Source: Georgenia sp. M64
GTDB taxonomy: Bacteria > Actinomycetota > Actinomycetes > Actinomycetales > Actinomycetaceae
Direction: 5' to 3'
Assembly: GCF_038049925.1 (NCBI RefSeq)
Contig: NZ_CP145809.1
Location: forward strand, 2,180,599 to 2,204,598
Length of the DNA stretch: 24,000 bases
Shown here: in pieces, positions 17,403 through 22,945 of the stretch
Numbering within the stretch: the stretch's first letter is position 1
How the letters are laid out: every line of letters begins with the position of its first letter
Translations under genes and position numbers: made by a program
The notes under the pieces: generated by a model
Database searches by the model: none
Told to the model about the DNA's origin: nothing
Seen by the model: the letters and a program-made list of their open reading frames with translations, nothing else

Positions 17403-19160
17403 TCAGCGCCCGGCGCGGTTGACCGCCGAGACGATGGCCTTGAAGGACGCGGTCATGGTCGAGGGGTCGATGCCCACGCCCCACAGCACCTGTCCACCCA
17501 CCTCGCACTCGACGTACGAGGCGGCGGTGGCGTCCCCGCCCTCGGACAGCGCGTGCTCGGCGTAGTCGAGCACGTGGACCTCCACGCCCACCTCGCCGAG
17601 GGCGTTGACGAACGCGTCGATCGGGCCGTTACCGGTGGCGGCGAGGACCTTCTCCTCCCCGCCGTCGACGAGGGTCACGGTGAGGACCGCGTCGGTGCCC
17701 TCCCCCGCCGTCGTGAGGGTGGTGCCCTTGAGAGCGAAGCGGCCCCACGGCTCGAGGCCCATCGCGGCGGTGTGCGGCAGGTACTCGTCGGCGAAGATCG
17801 ACCAGAGCTGCTCGGCGTCGATCTCCCCGCCGTAGGCGTCGGTGTGCTTCTGGACGATGCCGGACAGCTCGATCTGCAGGCGGCGGGGCAGGTCCAGGTG
17901 CCGGGTCGAGGAGAGCAGGTAGGCCACCCCGCCCTTGCCGGACTGGGAGTTCACCCGCACGACCGCCTCGTAGCTGCGGCCGACGTCCTTGGGGTCGATC
18001 GGGAGGTACGGCAGCTCCCAGACGACGGCCTCCTCGGCGCCGCCGGCCGCCGCGACCTTCTCCGCGCGGGCCGTGAAGCCCTTCTTGATGGCGTCCTGGT
18101 GCGAGCCGGAGAAGGAGGTGTAGACGAGGTCGCCGCCGTAGGGGTGGCGGGGGTGGACGTCCATCTGCGTGCAGGCCTCGACGGTGCGGCGGATCCCGTC
18201 GATGTCGGAGAAGTCGATCATCGGGTCGATGCCCTGGCTGAAGAGGTTGAGGCCGAGCGTGATGAGGTCGACGTTGCCGGTGCGCTCGCCCTGGCCGAAG
18301 AGGCAGCCCTCGACCCGGTCGGCGCCCGCGAGCAGCCCCAGCTCGGCCGCCGCGACACCCGTGCCGCGGTCGTTGTGCGGGTGCAGCGACAGCGCGACGT
18401 GCTCGCGCCGGGTGAGGTTGCGGCTCATCCACTCGATCTGGTCGGCGTAGACGTTGGGGGTGGCCCGCTCGACCGTGGCCGGGAGGTTGAGGATGATCTC
18501 CCGGCCGGGCTCGGGCTGCCAGACGTCCATGACCGCCTCGCAGACGGCGAGGGCGAAGTCCAGCTCGGTGTCGACGAAGATCTCCGGGGAGTACTGGTAG
18601 CCGAAGACGGTCTCGTCGCCGAGGACCTTCTCGGCGTAGGCCAGGACCTCGCGCGTGCCGGCGACGGCGAGCTCCTGGGTGGCCTCGCGGTCGTTGTGGA
18701 AGACGATGTCACGGAAGACCGGGGCGGTGGCGTTGTACAGGTGCACACTCGCCCGGGGGAAGCCGACGAGGGAGTCGATGGTCCGGTGGATGAGCTCGGG
18801 CCGCGCCTGGGTCAGGACCGAGACGGTGACGTCGTCGGGCACCGCGTCGTCCTCGACGAGCGAGCGCACGAAGTCGAAGTCGGTCTGCGAGGCGGCCGGG
18901 AAGCCGATCTCGATCTCCTTGTAGCCCATCGTCACGAGCAGGTCGAACATCCGGCGCTTGCGCTCGGCGTTCATCGGCTCGATGAGGGACTGGTTGCCGT
19001 CACGCAGGTCGGTGGAGAGCCAGCGGGGGGCACGGGTGGTGCGGCGGGTCGGCCACTGCCGGTCGGGCAGGTCGACCGGGTTGACCTCCACGAAGGGCCG
19101 GTACTTCGACACCGGCATGGCGGAGGGCTGCTGGGCGCTGATGCGGTCTGCGGTCTTCAT
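17403..19160 (-). CDS. leuA: 2-isopropylmalate synthase (long actinobacterial LeuA type)
   Basis: ORF 17403..19160. Sequence MPVSKYRPF...WLSTDLRDGNQSLIEPM, with HPHNDRGTGVAAAELG, plus the C-terminal regulatory domain. Confidence 0.95.
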   Translation of the reverse strand: MKTADRISAQQPSAMPVSKYRPFVEVNPVDLPDRQWPTRRTTRAPRWLSTDLRDGNQSLIEPMNAERKRRMFDLLVTMGYKEIEIGFPAASQTDFDFVRSLVEDDAVPDDVTVSVLTQARPELIHRTIDSLVGFPRASVHLYNATAPVFRDIVFHNDREATQELAVAGTREVLAYAEKVLGDETVFGYQYSPEIFVDTELDFALAVCEAVMDVWQPEPGREIILNLPATVERATPNVYADQIEWMSRNLTRREHVALSLHPHNDRGTGVAAAELGLLAGADRVEGCLFGQGERTGNVDLITLGLNLFSQGIDPMIDFSDIDGIRRTVEACTQMDVHPRHPYGGDLVYTSFSGSHQDAIKKGFTARAEKVAAAGGAEEAVVWELPYLPIDPKDVGRSYEAVVRVNSQSGKGGVAYLLSSTRHLDLPRRLQIELSGIVQKHTDAYGGEIDAEQLWSIFADEYLPHTAAMGLEPWGRFALKGTTLTTAGEGTDAVLTVTLVDGGEEKVLAATGNGPIDAFVNALGEVGVEVHVLDYAEHALSEGGDATAASYVECEVGGQVLWGVGIDPSTMTASFKAIVSAVNRAGR

Positions 19161-19165
19161 CGGTT

Positions 19166-19316
19166 CCTCGTCGCTCGTGCGTGATGGCCGGGCACGACGA
19201 CCGCCGCGACGAGGGGCCGGCCGTCAGTTGGCCTCGTCGCGGCAGAGAAGGAGCAGCTGGTGCTGCACGGACCTGCGCACATCACGAGGCTACCGCCCGC
19301 GGTGGGCACGAGTCAC
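19166..19316 (-). promoter_or_regulatory. leuA leader: putative promoter, Leu leader peptide and alternative hairpins (attenuator)
   Basis: On the minus strand: -35 GTGACT (19316-19311), an 18-nt spacer, -10 TAGCCT (19292-19287), then GTG 6 nt later. Arm A GCCGCGACGAGG (19243-19232), arm B CCTCGTCGCGGC (19214-19203) and arm C GCGACGAGG (19174-19166) follow. Arm C overlaps the leuA SD. B is complementary to both A and C. Confidence 0.6.
19224..19280 (-). CDS. Putative leucine leader peptide (18 codons: M/V-RRSVQHQLLLLCRDEAN)
   Basis: Hand translation of the reverse complement of 19224-19280. Four consecutive Leu codons, CTG CTC CTT CTC (19256-19245), come immediately before hairpin arm A. The stop, TGA 19226-19224, lies in the A/B loop. 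An in-frame GTG at 19268 is an alternative start. Confidence 0.55.
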   Translation of the reverse strand: MRRSVQHQLLLLCRDEAN

Positions 19317-19340
19317 CTTCCGGACGGGGTCGTCTCAGCA

Positions 19341-19458
19341 TTCAGGTGGTCGCCGGCGTTCAGGTGGTCGCGGTCAGCTGGGCGCGCCCTGTGGTCGGCC
19401 GCGCTCAGGTGGCGGCCGGCGTTCCAGGCGGTCGCCGGCGTTCAGGTGGTCACCGGTC
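19341..19458. repeat. 18-19-bp repeat family TTCAGGTGGTCGCCGGCG (2 + 3 copies)
   Basis: Copies at 19341-19358, 19359-19376, 19404-19421, 19422-19440 and 19441-19458. They are degenerate at 1-6 positions (A2 is the most diverged). A 27-bp unique segment splits the two clusters. Confidence 0.75.
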
Positions 19459-19539
19459 AGGCGGCGGAGTCGCGGTGACTACGGAGGAACCGGGGTGGGT
19501 CAGCCCGTCCGGCGCACCGGACTCACCCCGCTTCATCCT

Positions 19540-19623
19540 GAGTCGCCGAGGTGGGGGCGTGATTCGCCGAGGTGGGGGCGTGCTTCGCCGGGGAGGAGGC
19601 CTGACACGCCGAGGAGGGGCCTT
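19540..19623. repeat. 21-bp tandem repeat x4 (GAnTCGCCGAGGTGGGGGCGT)
   Basis: Copies at 19540-19560 and 19561-19581 match 20/21. Two more diverged copies are at 19582-19602 and 19603-19623. Confidence 0.8.
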
Positions 19624-19637
19624 GTCAGGGTCGGGAC

Positions 19638-19687
19638 GTGTCAGGGCACTCGGCTCATCGTGGTGTCAGGGCACCCGGCTCATCGTG
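19638..19687. repeat. 25-bp tandem duplication that includes the stop codon of the 140-aa gene
   Basis: GTGTCAGGGCACTCGGCTCATCGTG (19638-19662) and GTGTCAGGGCACCCGGCTCATCGTG (19663-19687) differ by 1 mismatch. The functional stop (TCA 19666-19668 on plus) lies in copy 2. An inverted copy of the TGTCAGG core, CCTGACACG, is at 19600-19608. Confidence 0.9.
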
Positions 19688-20088
19688 ATCGGTGGCGGGA
19701 TCTCCCCCGCCCAGCCCACCGGCGCGAGGGGGATCCGCCCGTCGCGGGCACGGGCGTCGAACTCCTCGCTCAGCCGCACGAGCTCACGCTGGCGCGTGTA
19801 CCCCGTGGAGCCCGCCCGGAACTGCCGCACGAGGAGCCAGCCGGCGAGCGGGAACGCGACGGCGAGGACGAGCCAGCCCACCGCGAGGCCGGACATGATC
19901 GAGGCGAGCCCCATGAGCACCACACCGGCGACCAGGCCGGCGCCGATGGTGCGCAGGGAGAAGGCGCGCGAGACCCCGTCACCCGTCACCGCGTGGAACT
20001 CCGCCCAGGCGCGTGCGCGGAACTCGGCGACGGAGCCGGCGTCCTCGGGAGCGCGTCCCGGCACACCACCGCGCCGCGCCCCGCTCAT
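19666..20088 (-). CDS. Small two-TM membrane protein of unknown function (candidate immunity/accessory protein of the T7SS cassette)
   Basis: These are the last 140 codons of ORF 19666..21504. ATG 20088 is preceded by GGAGGAGG and overlaps the stop of the upstream gene (ATGA). Two hydrophobic helices (TIGAGLVAGVVLMGLASIMSGL and AVGWLVLAVAFPLAGWLLV). The rest of the 612-aa ORF is an out-of-frame artefact. Confidence 0.65.
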   Translation of the reverse strand: MSGARRGGVPGRAPEDAGSVAEFRARAWAEFHAVTGDGVSRAFSLRTIGAGLVAGVVLMGLASIMSGLAVGWLVLAVAFPLAGWLLVRQFRAGSTGYTRQRELVRLSEEFDARARDGRIPLAPVGWAGEIPPPITMSRVP

Positions 20089-20888
20089 CGGGCCTCCTCC
20101 CCCTGCAGGACGTGCACGCTCTGGGCCACCATCGTCGCCAGGCGCGCGCACGACTCCAGCGAGCCGCGGTGGAACGTCGAGGCCGTGACGACGACCAGCG
20201 CTCCGGCCGCCGGGAAGGGCAGGTGGATCTCGGCGGAGCCGTGCTCGAGCGGCTCCGTCCCCGGCGGCACGGTCATCCCGGCGTGCTCCTGAGCGGCCCA
20301 GTCCAGGGCGTCGAGCCGCACGACGGCGGCTCCGGCGGTCACCGGGGTGGTCACGGTCTCGACGTGCGCGCCCGGGTGCCGGGCACGAAGGGCCCGGGCG
20401 AGCATGACGTGCTGCGCGACGGGGGCGTCGTCCGGCAGCGGGGGCAGGTCGTGCACCTGCACCGAGAGCTGGACGAACACACCGCGCACACCGTCGAGGA
20501 CGTCGGAGGTTCCTGCACCGCCGGCACCATCGGCGACGTCGGAGGTCTGCGCGCCGCCGGCACCGCTGTCGATTCCGGGGGTGCCTGCTCCGTCGGTGGC
20601 GTCGGACGTCCCTGCGGCGCCGGCACCGTCGGCGTCCGCCGGGTACACCGCGCTCACCAGCCCGGCCCATATCACCGGCCGGCGCAGCAGGCCCCGGCGC
20701 AGCACGAGGAGAGCTCCGGTGACCGCGTCGACGTCGGCGCCCGGCGCGTCCCGCCCGACCCGCTCGGCGATCTCCGCCCGCGCCTCGTCCTCGCTCAGGT
20801 GCAGCCGGAGGTCGAGCATGTCGCGCGGCACGAGTGCCTCGACGGCGCGCGTCACGGGTGCCGTCGTGCCGGTGGTGACCGCGCTCAT
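20085..20888 (-). CDS. Hypothetical cytoplasmic protein with internal acidic Gly/Ala repeat (T7SS-cassette gene 3)
   Basis: In the frame of ORF 20085..20999. ATG 20888 is preceded by GAGGAG and overlaps the upstream stop (ATGA). 267 aa with no TM helix. It carries a DGAG(A/G)AGTSD(A/V) repeat block at aa 84-132. I recognise no family. Confidence 0.65.
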   Translation of the reverse strand: MSAVTTGTTAPVTRAVEALVPRDMLDLRLHLSEDEARAEIAERVGRDAPGADVDAVTGALLVLRRGLLRRPVIWAGLVSAVYPADADGAGAAGTSDATDGAGTPGIDSGAGGAQTSDVADGAGGAGTSDVLDGVRGVFVQLSVQVHDLPPLPDDAPVAQHVMLARALRARHPGAHVETVTTPVTAGAAVVRLDALDWAAQEHAGMTVPPGTEPLEHGSAEIHLPFPAAGALVVVTASTFHRGSLESCARLATMVAQSVHVLQGEEAR

Positions 20889-22066
20889 CGGGCCAGCTCC
20901 TCGGACGTGAGGTAGGCGGTGCCCGCCGGGAGGTCCCACGGGTTGTCGACGTCGTGGGCGGTGACCTGCTGGACGAGCGGAACGCCCGTGATGACCCACT
21001 GCGCCTGGTTGGACTTGATCTTGACGGCCTGCCAGAGCAGCTCGTCGGCGTGCATCTCCGTGGTGGTGAAGAGGCTCGGCGGGAGCTCGACCGGCTGCCC
21101 GTCGACCCCGCGCACGACGGTGGGCGCGGTGCCCACCCCGGTGGTGCGCCGGATGTGGTTGATCCGGCTGATCGCCTTGCCGGCGATCTTCCCCACGCCG
21201 AGGCCGGCCAGCCCCCAGGCGACGGCGGACCAGTCGCCGTCAGCCGCGACGGCCAGCGCGGTGTCGGTGGCGAGACCGGCGGCGCCGACCACCGAGGCGC
21301 CCAGCGCGAGGAACGGCGCCGCGGGCGGGAAGACGAACAGCGAGACGCCGGCCGCGACGGCGAGCCCGGCGGAGGCCCAGCCGCAGAAGGCGGAGATGTC
21401 GGACAGGCTCGGCGCGATGGACCGGATCCAGTCGCCCACCTCGGAGGAGGAGACCCACCCGCCGAAGTCGCGGACCCAGTTGCCGATCGTGGCGGACCAG
21501 CCACCGCCGAAGGACATGTCCCCGGCGGCGTCGAGTCGGGCCGCGTAGGACTTCGAGGCGTCGTTGAACTCGTCGTGGAGGCGGTCGGCGGCGGCGCGCA
21601 GGGCGATCACGCGGTCGGCGGCGGCGTTCGCCGCGGCGAGGGCCTCCTCCCGCTCGCCGGGCTCACCCGCACCCGGCCCCATCTGCAGGTAGGGGACCGC
21701 GGCGGAGACGGCGGCGCGCTCGGCCCCCAGGGCGACACCGAGGTCGGCGTCGATGGTGGCCGCGCGAGCCTGGAAGCCCGCGAGGTCCTCGGCCCAGCCG
21801 GACAGGACGTCCCCGGCCTGGCCGAAGGCGGTCGCGATGGTGCTCAGGCGTGGCGGGAACTCGACCATCGCCTCCTGGTAGGCCCGCGCGGTCTGGCCGG
21901 TCCACAGGTCGGTGCGCGCCCCCTGGAGGAACGCGGACATCTCGGCGACGTCGTCGCCGAGGTCACGGAAGAGGCGCGCGAGGTCCCGGGTGCCCTCGAC
22001 GTCGCCCGGGGTGGGGTCCCAGCCGAGGTTCTCCAGCACCCGTGAGGCGGTGAGGTACCCGCTCAT
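20885..22066 (-). CDS. WXG-hairpin N-terminal domain protein with glycine-zipper hydrophobic region and small C-terminal domain (candidate T7SS-exported effector)
   Basis: ORF 20885..22066 with GGGAGAGG SD; its ATG overlaps the upstream stop (ATGA). N-terminus LGWDPTPGDV...DLWTGQTARAYQEAMVEF has W55-T-G57 between two long helices. A Gly/Trp-rich segment follows (GGGWSATIGNWVRDFGGWVSSSEVGDW). The hydrophobic block at aa ~226-297 contains GLAGLGVGKIAGKA. A 94-aa C-terminal domain completes the protein. Confidence 0.75.
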   Translation of the reverse strand: MSGYLTASRVLENLGWDPTPGDVEGTRDLARLFRDLGDDVAEMSAFLQGARTDLWTGQTARAYQEAMVEFPPRLSTIATAFGQAGDVLSGWAEDLAGFQARAATIDADLGVALGAERAAVSAAVPYLQMGPGAGEPGEREEALAAANAAADRVIALRAAADRLHDEFNDASKSYAARLDAAGDMSFGGGWSATIGNWVRDFGGWVSSSEVGDWIRSIAPSLSDISAFCGWASAGLAVAAGVSLFVFPPAAPFLALGASVVGAAGLATDTALAVAADGDWSAVAWGLAGLGVGKIAGKAISRINHIRRTTGVGTAPTVVRGVDGQPVELPPSLFTTTEMHADELLWQAVKIKSNQAQWVITGVPLVQQVTAHDVDNPWDLPAGTAYLTSEELAR

Positions 22067-22365
22067 CCGTGCCTCTCCCGGGTGACGAGCTGCTCGGCGA
22101 GACGCAGGTCGAGGGTCTCGAAGGCCTCCAGGACCTGCCCGAGGAAGGTGCCGGCCTGCCGGCCCTGCTCGCGCACCTCGTCGAGGCTGTCGTCCCAGCT
22201 GTCGGCGAACTCCACGACGTCGTCGTGGAGGATCCGCGCCCCGACCGCGAGCCCGGACATGCCGCGCAGCGTGTCGTGCACGGACGCCATGCGCTCGTCC
22301 AGGCGCGTGAGGTCGTCCCGGACGTCCTCGACGTAGGCCCGGTCGACGATCAGCTCGTCAGACAT
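22063..22365 (-). CDS. Small (100 aa) all-helical protein, WXG100/EspC-size (candidate effector partner)
   Basis: ORF 22063..22365 with ATG preceded by GGGGGAGAG. Acidic. Two predicted long helices are separated by GMSGLAVGARIL. It ends ...AFETLDLRLAEQLVTRERHG. It is translationally coupled to the 393-aa gene. Confidence 0.7.
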   Translation of the reverse strand: MSDELIVDRAYVEDVRDDLTRLDERMASVHDTLRGMSGLAVGARILHDDVVEFADSWDDSLDEVREQGRQAGTFLGQVLEAFETLDLRLAEQLVTRERHG

Positions 22366-22379
22366 CTCTCCCCCTCGTG

Positions 22380-22407
22380 CGCGGCGCGGCCCGGAGGCCG
22401 CGCCGCG
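22380..22407 (-). terminator. 12-bp GC hairpin between the WXG100 gene and the four-gene cassette (partial terminator/attenuator candidate)
   Basis: CGCGGCGCGGCC (22380-22391) / CGGA / GGCCGCGCCGCG (22396-22407). It sits 53 nt after the WXG100 stop and 15 nt before the next ATG. Confidence 0.55.
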
Positions 22408-22459
22408 ATGTGCGTGCTGGCTGCCGACCGAGGGCGATCCCCCGCCGGCTCCCCACCGG

Positions 22460-22750
22460 TCAGATGCCGGCGGCCAGCTGCGAGTCGGTGTCGGCCAGCG
22501 CCTGGGCGGCGTTGGTGAGGTACTGCGACAGGTCCTGCAGGCCCTCGATGGTGGTCTGCGCGCCCTGGGTGAACTGCTGGTAGGACTCGTTGAACCGCAC
22601 CGAGGCCTGGTCCGTGACGAACCCGGACTCCACCAGGCCCTGGATCTGGGCCTGCAGGCGCTGCAGGTCGGCGACGATCTGCTCCTTCGCGGTGACGAGG
22701 TTGTTCGCCTCGCGCTGCATCTCGTCGTAGGAGACGTTGATGTTGGCCAT
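22460..22750 (-). CDS. WXG100-family (ESAT-6/EsxA-like) type VII secretion substrate
   Basis: In the frame of ORF 22460..22825. ATG 22750 is preceded by AAGGGGGAAG. 96 aa, helix-turn-helix. The layout is YukE/EsxA-like, including the C-terminal ...LTNAAQALADTDSQLAAGI. Adjacent to eccC. There is no Trp anywhere; the turn reads E-S-G-F. Confidence 0.85.
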   Translation of the reverse strand: MANINVSYDEMQREANNLVTAKEQIVADLQRLQAQIQGLVESGFVTDQASVRFNESYQQFTQGAQTTIEGLQDLSQYLTNAAQALADTDSQLAAGI

Positions 22751-22841
22751 GTGCTTCCCCCTTCTCGTGGTCCGGCCGCCTTCCGGCCGGATCCGCTGCC
22801 CTATTCCTACCGGTATGGGGGGCACCGTGTCGCGCTCCCCC

Positions 22842-22887
22842 GATGGGGAGAACTCCCCATCACCACCCTGGCTGCGACGACGTCGTC
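22842..22887. promoter_or_regulatory. Two palindromes upstream of the WXG100 gene
   Basis: GATGGGGAG-aa-CTCCCCATC at 22842-22861 and the perfect 12-mer GACGACGTCGTC at 22876-22887. They lie in the 195-bp gap between the eccC stop and the WXG100 start. A 5'-UTR hairpin, TCCGGCCG-ccttc-CGGCCGGA, is at 22771-22791. Confidence 0.35.
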
Positions 22888-22945
22888 ACGCCCGCGTCCC
22901 GCTCCCGCTGCCGGTCACCGACGCGGCTGAGCTCGACCTGCGCCC

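Noticed and set aside
19260-19478. 72-aa plus-strand ORF (…SAFRWSPAFRWSRSAG…) over the 18-bp repeats, and ORFs 19181..20188 and 18958..20292
   Set aside because: The periodic peptide is just the translation of the DNA repeat. There is no SD and no GC3 bias. The larger ORFs are antisense to leuA and to the cassette genes.
20089-21504. N-terminal ~470 codons of the 612-aa ORF 19666..21504(-)
   Set aside because: This part is out of frame with the 267-aa and 393-aa genes, which have SDs and sensible sequences. It is R/P/S-rich. Only the last 140 codons, from ATG 20088 with a GGAGGAGG SD, look like a real protein.
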